Below are positions 10,532 through 21,364 of a DNA stretch of 64,000 nucleotides, piece by piece. The notes beneath the pieces were generated by a model. That model was not told where the DNA came from. It was given only the letters and a program-made list of their open reading frames with translations, and did no database searches. Position 1 is the stretch's first letter, and each line of letters opens with the position of its first letter. Made by a program: the position numbers and the translations under genes. Source of the stretch: Candidatus Bathyarchaeota archaeon (lineage in GTDB: Archaea; Thermoproteota; Bathyarchaeia; Bathyarchaeales; Bathycorpusculaceae). Where the stretch lies: positions 96,001 through 160,000 of the forward strand of contig CAVZPM010000039.1 in the NCBI GenBank assembly GCA_963777155.1. The letters are read 5' to 3'.

Positions 10532-10648
10532 GTTCTCAACGATTTAAAACCAGCTCTTTCTATTGTGAGTTAGGGATATAAAATCTTGCAACCTCCCACC
10601 AACCACCTGCGCGGTTCTTAGAAATACTAAAATGCCAAAGCACCATTC

Positions 10649-11699
10649 TTGTTTTATATGCCTTATAATGAACTTAGAAAAGATTACTTACTTGATCGAT
10701 GGGTTGTAATCGCTACTGAACGGAGTCGTCGACCTACCGACCTCGCCAAACCAAAGCTTGAGGCCGCCAAAACCGCGATCTGTCCAATGTGCGTGGGCAA
10801 CGAAAACATGACACCGCCCGCAGTAATGCTCTATCAGAAAGAGAACGGCGAAATAAAGAAAAGCGTAGACCCTTTGACTGGAGAGCGAGCGAGAAACTGG
10901 CTTGTCCGCGTAATCCCAAACCTCTACCCTGCTTTCAGCACACCCAAACAACCTGAAGACGAAAAACAAATTCATTAGGGGTGAGTATTTGTGGAATGCA
11001 ATCGGGCACCATGAAGTTATAGTTGAATCGCCAAACCATGATGAGGGTCCAGCTGAGGCAGAGTTGCCACAGCTTGAACTGGTGATAAGAGCTTATGTTG
11101 ATAGGTTCAACGAGTTAAGCTTAAAGTCTTATGTCAAGTACGTTTCGATTTTTCGCAATCACGGCTTGGAGGCTGGAGCGTCACTTTCTCATGCACACAG
11201 TCAGGTAATCGCAGCCCCCATGGTTCCCTCGACCATTCAGGCAGAGCAAAAAGCCGGCAAAGCCTTCTACGAAGAACATGGCAAATGCATATTCTGTGAC
11301 ATTATTGAGGGAGAAACCAAAGGTCCTAGATTAATCTCTGAAAACGGTGATTTCGCGGTTTTTGCTCCGTATGCTAGCATTAACCCGATGGAGTTCTGGA
11401 TACTGCCCAAACGGCACGCCTCTAATATTCTAAACCTAACTGCAGGTGAGATTAGTTCTTTCGCAAGAACCCTCAAAGCAAGTCTCAAAGCCCTAAAAGA
11501 CATAGTTAACGACCCACCCTACAACTTCGGCATACATCAAGCCATAAACCCTGAAGCGCAAGACAGCTACCACTGGCACCTGGAAGTTTACCCAAAACTG
11601 GCAACTTGGGCTGGCTTTGAAAAAAGCACAGGCTGTTTCATCAACACTGTGACTCCTGAAACAGCGGCTGAGAGCTTTAGAAAAGCAATTAAATTCTAA
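10649..11699 (+). CDS. galT: Galactose-1-phosphate uridylyltransferase (frameshift near 10975)
   Basis: ELRKD..RWV, CPMC.GNE, RVIPNLYP, GASLSHAHSQ, YHWHLE. Confidence 0.92.
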
Positions 11700-13772
11700 A
11701 TTCCCAAAATTTCTTTTGCGTATTTTGGTTTAACCCGTAGAATGTCTTCCACGTAAGCGCGTAATGGTTCGGCGATGCTCCATGCTTGTGAGATGCAGCC
11801 GCGGGGTTCGTTTGGTGGGTCACAGTCGTAGATCTCGTTTATCGTTCCTAAGCCGCCCTGATGAATGCCGATGGCGAACAGGGGCAAGACAAGGTTTTCC
11901 ATTACCTGCTGTCGTGCTTCTACGTTGTAATCGTTTACTTTTAGGTACGCCGATACGTAGGGACCCAGAAGCCAAGGCCAAATTGTACCGTTATGGTAAG
12001 CAGCATCTCTGCTTCTTACGTCTCCATAGCATTTGCCCACGAACTTTGGGTCATTTATCGATAAGGTTCGTAAGCCATATGGCGTTGCAAGTTCCTGGCT
12101 GACTATGTCTACGACTTTTTGGCTTTTGTCTTTTTCTAGCATAGAAAAGTCTAGTGAAACAGCGAAAATTTGGTTGGGACGAAGCGAAGCATCAGAGTCT
12201 TTTGTATCCACGGCGTCGAAGAGGCAGTTTTTCTGGGTGTTCCAGAACTTTTTGTTAAAGCTTAGGCTGGCTTGGTTTGCCATTGAAGCATAAGTTGCGG
12301 CTAAATCTTTTTGTTCAAACTTGCTGGCTAGTGTCTCCATGGTCTTCAAAGCATTGTACCATAACGCTTGGATTTCCACTGCTTTGCCGCTTCGGGGCGT
12401 GATTTCCTGTGCCCCAACCTTTGCGTCCATCCAAGTGAGCCCCGCACCATGCATCAATAAGACCGTCGTCGTCTACATGTATGCCAAACATAGTGCCCCT
12501 CTTGTGGTACTCAATTATCGCCTGAAGGCTCTCCCACAGCTCATCCTTGACAAATCCGAAGTCGCCGGTATATTTGAGGTACTGAAGCACCGCGTTAATG
12601 TACCAGAGGGTTCCGTCAACTGTGTTGTAGAGTGGAACACCTGTTCTGTCGCCAACCAAATTCGGAATCAAACCTGCTTGACAGTACTGGATAAAGTTTT
12701 GAAGAATATCTTTAGCTTCTCTGAACCTTCCAGTTACCAGAAAGAGCCCCGGCATCGAAATGAAGGTGTCCCTGCCCCAGGATTCAAACCAGTGGTACCC
12801 TGCGATCACAGCTTTCCTTTCAGCGGTGGTTTTTACGACAAAGGAGTCGGCTGCGAGCAGAATCCAGTTTAGCCAATCTGTCATGGGCACATTGGGGCGG
12901 TCATGGTAAAAGCTTGCAAGCAAATTGCTTCGCAAACTAAGCTCTTGATTGAGCGCATCCCTCACGGCGGTGGTTGTGTTTCCAAGTGAATCTAAAACTT
13001 CCTGCGCATTTTGGCTTTCATGGCTCACAGCGCATGCGACTGCGAATTCTTTCTCCGTATTAGCAGGAACCTGCACTTCAAAATATCCCGGTTGGAAACA
13101 GTCGTCAACATCTGCTTCTCCCCGCTGAAGCTCGTCGCGGTAGTGAATGTGGGTTACCCAATTTAATTTTTGTTTGAATTCGCCGTCAGTTGCGTGGCAA
13201 ACAATTGTGGCTTGGGGTCCCTGAAAAATTGCTTGGAATTGTGTAGCGGTGCTTTTTAGGTTGAAATTCAGCGGGATTTTCGCTTGGTAAACCACGGTGT
13301 GGTAGTATCTGCATGTTAAAAGCGGATAAAGCCGAATTTTAACGTCTGAATCGTTATTATTTATGATTCTATAGGTTACTGCGACGGCGTTCTTGTTTTT
13401 TGGCATAAAAACCGATTTGTTAACATGGACACTGCTCACGTTATAGCTGTAAGTGGGAAAGGGAGCTAGCGAAAACTGGCTAATCAAATTGTAGCCTTTA
13501 GGATAAATAGTGTCATGGAACTCGTTTGCACCCAACCTGTAAACATCGTTGCCTACGATTATGTCTTCATCAAGTTTTGACACGCAGACAGTGCGGTTTC
13601 CAGGAGGATTCAATGCAGCCACGAGCAAACCATGATATTTGCGAGTGTTTATTCCCAGAACCGTTGAGGAACCGTAGCTGCCTAAGCCATTGGTTATCAG
13701 CCATTCCTTCTCGATTAAGTCGCCAAAATGCGAAAGAGCATCTTTTGGAAAAGTTAAAGCGGGCAAATTCAT
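11696..13772 (-). CDS. Glycogen debranching enzyme / amylo-alpha-1,6-glucosidase (frameshift near 12457)
   Basis: EWLITNGLG, TRKYHGLL, AGYHWF..WGRD, TWMDAK, YHNGTIWPWL, QAWS. Confidence 0.92.
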
Positions 13773-13773
13773 T

Positions 13774-14655
13774 TTACGGCATCAACTTGGCTATGTTCTT
13801 ATCGCGTGGAACACAGAAATAGTTTGCGACAGGCACACATTTGGTGCGGAACATCAGCAAGTGAGGCTTGGTCAACTTGTACTCAGTAAGCGTTTCAGCG
13901 TACCCCATGCCCTTAGCAAAAACCAGTTCCGCAGCTTCGTACACTTTAAGGAACTCCGGGGAAGCTTCTTTTTTCTGTAAGCCAACTGCATCGCAGCCTG
14001 TTGTTATGACTTCATCGGCGAGTTTGTCGATATTAGAAATCTCCACGTCTTCCATCGTGGCATCATTGATTACAGGTGCGCCTTTCACAACATAGGTGAC
14101 CTTTAAGCCCATGTTCTTAAGCTGCTCAACCAATAGCGCGTCGAAAACAATTTCGCCCGCGTTATCAGCCAGAAACAGAACGCTCTGAGCTTTCTTAGCC
14201 AACTCGTAAGCCTTGTCTATATCGTCAATAACAAGGTCTTTGGAGGCTTCGCGAAGAACACCTGCTAGGCTCTTCAGGGTGAACTTGTGTCCTGGAATAT
14301 CAAACTCCATGATGTTGCCAACAATCGCGCAAAGACAGGCTTTTTTGAACCGTTCCTGCTGATTATAGCCTGATTCAACATATTTCTTTGCGTGGGGACG
14401 CATCTTCAGGGCTTTTTCGTTTGCGGCTTTTTTGTTGTACTTGTACGGGTCATTGTTGCTTGTTAGTTGCCTGATTATGCGGTCTCTCTTGGTGCCGATG
14501 TCTGCCGCTACTGAGGTTGGTTTGAACTCGCGATTTAGCAGCTTCACGATTTCAGCAAGGCACCTGAATCGCAATGCAGGGTTAGTGGTGGCTTGATAAG
14601 TTTGGGTTTGTGCTCTAGAAAGCAGGCAGGATTCGCATTCAGGTTCAACCTTCAA
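13774..14655 (-). CDS. DUF89/ARMT1-like damage-control phosphatase
   Basis: N-terminal CxxC, DPY, DNAGE, INDAT, KGMG. Confidence 0.9.
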   Translation of the reverse strand: MKVEPECESCLLSRAQTQTYQATTNPALRFRCLAEIVKLLNREFKPTSVAADIGTKRDRIIRQLTSNNDPYKYNKKAANEKALKMRPHAKKYVESGYNQQERFKKACLCAIVGNIMEFDIPGHKFTLKSLAGVLREASKDLVIDDIDKAYELAKKAQSVLFLADNAGEIVFDALLVEQLKNMGLKVTYVVKGAPVINDATMEDVEISNIDKLADEVITTGCDAVGLQKKEASPEFLKVYEAAELVFAKGMGYAETLTEYKLTKPHLLMFRTKCVPVANYFCVPRDKNIAKLMP

Positions 14656-14671
14656 GGAGCTTCACACGCAT

Positions 14672-15427
<756 letters not shown>

Positions 15428-15442
15428 TTAGGGGTAGGCAGT

Positions 15443-17125
15443 CTATGGAATTGAAGTTTTAACCTTCAATGTCTTTTTGGTTGTCTCTTCAGTTAGCATG
15501 CCAATTAATTGCCCGTTTTTAACCATGGCTGCGCGTTTGTAGCCTTTTTCACTCATAGTTTTCATGGCGGTAATCATTGATTGGTCGCCTTCTAGGATGA
15601 TGAGGGGTGTATAATTGATGTCTTTTGCAAGCGTCTTAATCGGGTCTTTTTGTGCGTTAACGATTTCTCTTAGCAGTTCCCGGTCGTTTATAACTCCAAT
15701 GGGTTTATGTTCCTCAGTGATCAAGACTGAAGTGACGTTGTTCTGAAGCATTTTAGCAACGGTTTTAGCCACGGTTTCCATAGGCGAAATTTCAACGGTT
15801 GGAAGCTTGGTTCCTGCTTGGCTGCTGATTTCTGTTATGTCTATGCCGCGTTTCCAGATGTCGTCTAGCATTTCGCTTACACGTTCAATTTGGCTGGGGT
15901 CGCTGGAGTAGAAGGTGTCAGGTAAATAGAAAGCTGATTCTGCGCCTAAATCGGCTAGTGGTGGCGTTTTGAACATGAACAGGTGCTTGCCGTCTACAAC
16001 CATCATAGTTAGGTAGCTTATGGGGACGTGTTTTATTTCGTAGTTTTTTGCGAGTTTCTGGGCTGGTTCCAAGTTATCTAAGTCGATGGATGCCATTATG
16101 CGGGTTTTGATGCCTTTTTTGAAGTATTTGACGATTGGGTCGTCTTCGGCAAGTCTGTTGATGCTCTGTGAGGAAGTGATTACTACGATGTCTTTTTTGG
16201 CTGACTCAAGAATCTTGGTTACTTTGCTCCATGCTTCTTCGCCGCCTTTGATGACGAGGGTTTCTCCGATGGGTATGCCGCTTTTTAGCTCATCTATGCG
16301 TCTTGAAGCATCGACGCCGCTCTGCCACATTTGCACAAAAAATGCTTTCAAGACAGAGATGAACATTTTATCGTTAATCCATAAGCCTTCATCTTCAAGG
16401 TTAAGCACAGATGCTTCGTTGCCGAAGGGTGCATATAGGATCGCTTCTTCTTCGTCTTTAATTAGGAAGCGTGGGAAAAACTTTGAGCTCATGTTGACAT
16501 GGCGAAGTTTTATGTTGAGTTTATCTTCTGCGATATTGCGGTCTATTCTTTCGACGGCTTTTAGGTTTTCTGGGGCAATTTCAGTGATTATCTGAGTTTG
16601 AACTTTGCTTTCTTTAGGTGGTGCGAGAACTGCATCGTAGATTCCTGCGATGTCTTCCTGAATAATTCCTAAGGCAGTTGTTAGAACAGTTACTTCGGAT
16701 TTTGCTTCCTCAATCATGTTGATCATTTTTGAATGAATCTTTTTCTTGCCTGTGATGATTGAGAATTTTGCAACTGGATATTGTGATTCGGGTGCGCTTA
16801 TCGATTGCCAAGCGGTTAGTAGATTTTGCTTTTGGTCGTTAAGGTTGACGACCTCGACCTTTTTTGCATTAATAAAATTATCAACTAAGGCTTCAAAAGG
16901 AACAATCGTAAACCTGGTTGGCCGTTCCAATGTGGCTTCTATGAAACCTTTTTCTTGGAGTTTCTTGAAGGTGCGGTATGCTTGGACACGTTCCATTTTG
17001 AGCCGTTTAGCAACGAAGCTGGTTGATTGGACACCGCTTTTGGCCAGGAACATGTAGACTTGGATTTCTCTTTTTGATAGACATAGGTTCTGTAAAAATT
17101 TAGTTACGTCTTTTTCGCTCATCAA
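15443..17125 (-). CDS. TrmB-family regulator with tandem effector domains and C-terminal CBS pair
   Basis: N-terminal wHTH (LSKREIQVY...LQEKGFIE), two TrmB-like sensor repeats (FLIKDEEE / MMVVDGKH), CBS motifs (IGVINDREL, IGMLT). Confidence 0.8.
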   Translation of the reverse strand: MMSEKDVTKFLQNLCLSKREIQVYMFLAKSGVQSTSFVAKRLKMERVQAYRTFKKLQEKGFIEATLERPTRFTIVPFEALVDNFINAKKVEVVNLNDQKQNLLTAWQSISAPESQYPVAKFSIITGKKKIHSKMINMIEEAKSEVTVLTTALGIIQEDIAGIYDAVLAPPKESKVQTQIITEIAPENLKAVERIDRNIAEDKLNIKLRHVNMSSKFFPRFLIKDEEEAILYAPFGNEASVLNLEDEGLWINDKMFISVLKAFFVQMWQSGVDASRRIDELKSGIPIGETLVIKGGEEAWSKVTKILESAKKDIVVITSSQSINRLAEDDPIVKYFKKGIKTRIMASIDLDNLEPAQKLAKNYEIKHVPISYLTMMVVDGKHLFMFKTPPLADLGAESAFYLPDTFYSSDPSQIERVSEMLDDIWKRGIDITEISSQAGTKLPTVEISPMETVAKTVAKMLQNNVTSVLITEEHKPIGVINDRELLREIVNAQKDPIKTLAKDINYTPLIILEGDQSMITAMKTMSEKGYKRAAMVKNGQLIGMLTEETTKKTLKVKTSIP

Positions 17126-17224
17126 GTTACCGCCATATAAAACCCGATTGTTAATAATTACGTATGTTTGTTGGTGTTTATAAATTGTATCTTATTAGAC
17201 GCAACAAAACACAATAACTCAAAG

Positions 17225-17887
17225 TTAAATTAGTGTCTTCTGCGTGGTTCCCAGTTCGCTTTTGGCTTTTTGGGCAGGCTTCCAAGACTTCCTAATGCAA
17301 CTTGGGAAGTCACCATCCCTCTCAAGCAGCCGCTTCAAGAAAACCATGGTTTTATCGTCAGTTAAGTATCCAGTGCCGAAGTCGCCGTATTTTACCTTCA
17401 GCTTCGCAATCTCCCCATCCCGCTCCACCTTAGCTATTATAGAGGCTGCGGAGACAACGGGGTAAGTTCGGTCGGCTTTGTGCTCCGACACAATCTTCGT
17501 CTTGAACCTGAGGCACTCGCTGATATGGCTGCCGAACCGCCGCTCAAGCACGTCCGCGGCGTCAACGTAAGCTTCGTCGGGTTTTAAGGCATCAATTATC
17601 TTGGCCATGGTTTGGGCTTCGAGGCGGTTGAGTTTGTGGAGTACTCTGCTGCTTCGAACGACTTTGTCAATTTGGGCAGGTGGAACCTTTATGATATGGT
17701 GGTTTTGGGTTAATTTTATGATTTCAGGATACAAAGCTTCGCGTTTCTTGGCTGTTAAAAGTTTGGAGTCTTTCACACCTAACTCTGCTAGCAACTGCAA
17801 GTTCTCAGTTTGTACAGCTACGCCAGCAACCACTAATGGACCGATAACGCATCCACGCCCAGCTTCGTCAACACCAGCAATCAACAT
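17225..17887 (-). CDS. rnhB: Ribonuclease HII
   Basis: GVDEAGRG, DSKLL, VSAASIIAKVERD. Confidence 0.97.
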   Translation of the reverse strand: MLIAGVDEAGRGCVIGPLVVAGVAVQTENLQLLAELGVKDSKLLTAKKREALYPEIIKLTQNHHIIKVPPAQIDKVVRSSRVLHKLNRLEAQTMAKIIDALKPDEAYVDAADVLERRFGSHISECLRFKTKIVSEHKADRTYPVVSAASIIAKVERDGEIAKLKVKYGDFGTGYLTDDKTMVFLKRLLERDGDFPSCIRKSWKPAQKAKSELGTTQKTLI

Positions 17888-17994
17888 GTCTGCTCTTCTT
17901 CCTAAACAGTGAAGGCTTTAGTTTTCTAAGCTATAATGCTTTTCTAAAACAACAATCAACACAAAGAAAATGAGGCAAAGCAGAAAAAATAGGT

Positions 17995-18348
17995 ATACAG
18001 TGGTTTGGAAAATCAAGTTTAGTATTGCGATTTCCAAGAACTATATGTTATTTAATTGATGACTTCTTGATTGAAAGACGCCAGAAACTCAGAAAGAAAG
18101 ACTTTGTGCTTGTAACCGATTTCATGATGCACCTCAAGATGGGAAAGAAAATTCACTTGAAAGAGTATGAGACTGACAGTTTAGCTGAGGCTTTGAACGC
18201 ATTGTTTGACCGAATGGTTAAAGTTAACCGAATTAAAGTTGGCAAAAGACAAACTATTGACACGTTGATTAGCGAAGAGGCTCTTTTGTTTGCTAAATAT
18301 CTGAAAAATGAAAAGAAAGAATGGGTTCCAAGAATAGCTAATTTGTAG
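17995..18348 (+). pseudogene. cas1: Truncated C-terminal fragment of a solo/casposon-type Cas1
   Basis: Correcting compensating indels at about 18025-18048 gives FGKSSLV-CDFQELY(R)YLIDDFL, matching the Cas1 'SLVxDLxExyRxxxD' catalytic helix, then G(K)RQTIDTLISEEALLFAKYL; there is no room for the N-terminus. Confidence 0.7.
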
Positions 18349-18412
18349 GTTTGCTCAAGTTAGTGGTTTTTCGATGCCTAACAATGACAGCAACTTAAGA
18401 GGTTCTTTGCCT

Positions 18413-18808
18413 TCAGGTTGGGGGATTTGGATACTGAAAGTCTTCAGTTATTTCTTTTTGTCCAGCCGCTGCATTAACAGTAAAGGTTGTAATGAACTCT
18501 TTTTCTACTTCACCTTGAGGGTTCATGACTGAGAAGCTTATGTAAACGTTGTAGGTATGTCCATTCTTTAAAGTAACTGAATAGTTTCCAAAATTAACAG
18601 CACCTTGCGGAGCAGAAGCAAAGTGGAAAGTAATCATGGCGCCTGTTTGTGTGTCTTGAAATTCTATTGTTTTAATAAATGGCGCAAGAAAAGCAGCACC
18701 ACTAACTCCTGCGCTCCCTGATACCGTCACATTATCATATGTAAAGAGATAAAATAGTGCTCCAAACGATGAAACTACAAGCACCGCTACAATTATTGTG
18801 GCTTTCAT
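18413..18808 (-). CDS. Hypothetical exported/membrane-anchored beta-rich protein
   Basis: N-terminal hydrophobic helix; GNYSVTLKNGHTYNV. Confidence 0.6.
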   Translation of the reverse strand: MKATIIVAVLVVSSFGALFYLFTYDNVTVSGSAGVSGAAFLAPFIKTIEFQDTQTGAMITFHFASAPQGAVNFGNYSVTLKNGHTYNVYISFSVMNPQGEVEKEFITTFTVNAAAGQKEITEDFQYPNPPT

Positions 18809-18842
18809 GATGTTTCTGCGTTTGGTTGAAGTTTGAGCCGTG

Positions 18843-20141
18843 TTAATCAACCTGATGCCTCTTTTTGTTGTTGAAGCGGTATCTAACTGCAACTACACCA
18901 ACTATTGTAAAAACAAACAGTGGCAAAATCACCAACCAAGAAAACTCTGGAACAGTAGGAGTTGGCGTTAGGGCGGTTGTTGATAAAACAGCATATTTAA
19001 GGTCGTGGCTCTGGGGGTCTATGTAGCTTACATGCGGTCGATCGTTTTTATCTAACGCTAAAGAGAAATCGCCGAAACCAGAATCAATTGCCGTTGTTTT
19101 CCAAACGGTTCCTGAAAGCCAAGCGTACTTGAGCATGCCACGTGAAGTGTCGTATTTGATACCATTCCCTGCATCATAGGTACTATTTGTAATGTCACAG
19201 TATACTATGTGAGGTTGGTCATTACTGTCAAGAGCCAGAGACGAGAATGTACCAACAAGGGTTGTTGGGTCGATCTTTGTAATTCTCCATAGACCCTCTT
19301 CCAAAATAGCATACTTTAGACTATAAGGTGCATACTTGTTGCTGTAGCTTATATGCGGTTGATTAGAGTGGTCAAGCACTAAATTCATGTCCAAACCATC
19401 CACTTCATTATCAACCGTGGTTGTTTGCCATTCTGTCCCTGAAAACCAAGAATACTTGAGAGAGCCATCAGTGAAGTTCTCGGTATTCTTATATTCAAAG
19501 TAGCATATGTGGGGTTGATCGTTAGTGTCCAGAGCTAAAGATAAGTATTGACCAACATGATCTTTTGTAACTGAAGTCTCATTGATCCAAGAGTTGCCGT
19601 TCCAAAAAATATACCAAAGAGAATCACCAGTGCTATAGCCTATATGCGGTTGATTATTGCTGTCCAGCTTCATAACCGACGAAACAGCATTACCAACCGT
19701 TGTTATCGTCCATGAATTGCCTTCTAGAACTGCAATTTTGACATAATCTGTTTCCATATTGAAATGGGTGGAATCAAAACCATGTATCCAACGAACACCA
19801 TAGCTTATGAGTGGTTGATTGTTGCCGTCAAGCTTTAGGGATGGGTTATAACCAGCATAGTAAGTTGAATCAACCGTTGTGGTTACCCAAGAGTTGCCAT
19901 CCCAAAAAGCATAATTAAGATCAAAATTCTCGGAACCAAGATCTTGGTAGCTTACGTAGGGTTGTCCATTGCTATCCAACGCCAAAGAGGGATCATAACT
20001 GCGGGAATCCACAGTCGATACGATCCATGTTGATGAAGTCACCGTTGACCAAGTTGAGGCGTTCAGGGGCAAAGCAAAACCTGCTATAAACAAGAAGAAC
20101 AACGTAAGCAGTAAAGCAGAGCTCTTTCTTTTATTGCCCAT
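18843..20141 (-). CDS. Secreted beta-propeller repeat protein with PEF-CTERM-like anchor
   Basis: Signal peptide, about six SLALDSNxQPHISY...LKYA...W repeats, TPTPT-VPEF-TM-basic tail. Confidence 0.8.
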   Translation of the reverse strand: MGNKRKSSALLLTLFFLFIAGFALPLNASTWSTVTSSTWIVSTVDSRSYDPSLALDSNGQPYVSYQDLGSENFDLNYAFWDGNSWVTTTVDSTYYAGYNPSLKLDGNNQPLISYGVRWIHGFDSTHFNMETDYVKIAVLEGNSWTITTVGNAVSSVMKLDSNNQPHIGYSTGDSLWYIFWNGNSWINETSVTKDHVGQYLSLALDTNDQPHICYFEYKNTENFTDGSLKYSWFSGTEWQTTTVDNEVDGLDMNLVLDHSNQPHISYSNKYAPYSLKYAILEEGLWRITKIDPTTLVGTFSSLALDSNDQPHIVYCDITNSTYDAGNGIKYDTSRGMLKYAWLSGTVWKTTAIDSGFGDFSLALDKNDRPHVSYIDPQSHDLKYAVLSTTALTPTPTVPEFSWLVILPLFVFTIVGVVAVRYRFNNKKRHQVD

Positions 20142-20197
20142 AGTCAGTATAGGAGTATGTTTTTGTTAAAAGGTTATTCGTAAAGCTTCCTTAACTA

Positions 20198-20225
20198 AGC
20201 TAAGTCAACGTTTCTTGACCTACTT
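20198..20225. other. dif-like tyrosine-recombinase site candidate
   Basis: AGCTAAGTCAA-CGTTTC-TTGACCTACTT: imperfect inverted arms around a 6-bp spacer. Confidence 0.35.
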
Positions 20226-20227
20226 AT

Positions 20228-20400
20228 TTCTTGTCTGTCTGTGTCTGTTTGTCTTTGGTTGTTTGTTTGTCTGTGTGTGATATCTGTCTCTGTGTGTTAC
20301 GACTAAAATGTTTTTTTTATAAGAGAGAATATAGGAAAGGGAAAAGGTATACGTAATCGTAAGCAGTCGTATATGCGTAGATTTGAAAAAACGAAGAGAG
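20228..20400. repeat. Low-complexity TGTC/TGTT tract plus inverted CGTA iterons flanking an AT/purine-rich core (origin-like)
   Basis: Nearly A-free TG tract 20228-20297; TACGACT 20298-20304 is the inverse of AGTCGTA 20365-20371; CGTA at 20352, 20358, 20368, 20376. Confidence 0.5.
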
Positions 20401-20493
20401 AGAAAATTAAATTTTAATCCACCATTTAGTCATTGGTGGCGTCCTAACAGTAAATTCAGAGAAGAGGGCTCATCAACTATTTACTATGATTAG

Positions 20494-20643
20494 TTAGTTT
20501 TTGGGTTTCTCTTCATTTGAAATGGGTAAAAATGTCTCGATTCTTTTGTTGGTGTTTTGATTTTTCTTTTGGACCTCTTTGAGTCTATATTTGAAGTCTG
20601 TTTTGTGTGTTAAGTCATATGTTTTGGATTTTTTCGTTGTCAT
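20494..20643 (-). CDS. Small basic hypothetical protein (49 aa)
   Basis: MTTKKSKTYDLTHKTDFKYRLKEVQKK...; GAGG RBS-like motif upstream; below the ORF-track size. Confidence 0.4.
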   Translation of the reverse strand: MTTKKSKTYDLTHKTDFKYRLKEVQKKNQNTNKRIETFLPISNEEKPKN

Positions 20644-20821
20644 TTCTTTTCTGCCTCTAAAAACTTTTAATTCGAAGAATTTGATTTCTCATCGGGCATG
20701 GAAACATTGTTTCCATTTATCACTCATATGAGGTGGTAGTGTATAAGCAGGTTTCGGTTTCGTATATTTCGCAGTGAAGAGGAAGATGGAGGATTAATTT
20801 TTTAATTCACAGATCGTTGAC

Positions 20822-21277
20822 CTAAGTTACGCTTTCATTTTCACTCTCTTCAGTTAAGCTATGGTTCAATTCCTTGTTCCTTAACTCAGCGAATAATAAA
20901 GCTGTCACAGCAGGAAGAAAAAACTCGGAAATACTATAAGGTAGAGCATTCAAGAGAAAAGCCTAGGATAATCCAAAGGGTGCCGTTCCCCATGTGAGAA
21001 AAACATAAACCATGGAACCCAATAAAACCCCAAAAAATAGGGCTAAAGTTGTCGATTTCCCGGCTGTAATTTTGCTTGTATTTGCTAAAAGATAGAATGC
21101 TGCAAAGAATAATCCAATTTCTACTAAGCTAAGAGCAAAGTTTGAAAAGGCAGAATATGAGAAGCTGGCTGGGATTGCTAAAGAGAGAAACGAAAATCCC
21201 ACTGTTAATCCAAAAGCAATTAGAAAGGATATCAAAGGTTTTTTCAAATTTATTCGCCCTTTAGCCGTGTTAGCCAT
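20822..21277 (-). CDS. Hypothetical multi-pass membrane protein (frameshifted near 20965)
   Basis: Hydrophobic ORF 20963-21277 continues in another frame as LNALPYSISEFFLPAVTALLFAELRNK to TAG at 20822. Confidence 0.55.
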
Positions 21278-21364
21278 TGGATTATTAACGGATAAAAGGT
21301 TTTCTTGACTTCTCCCTAACAGGCATAGTAATATTTAATTTCAGGTTTTAAATACCCTAATTCC

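Noticed and set aside
20187-20890. Direct repeat TTCCTTAACT(A/C)AGC at 20187 and 20877 as a target-site duplication
   Set aside because: The second copy lies within the frameshifted coding tail of the membrane gene; likely chance.
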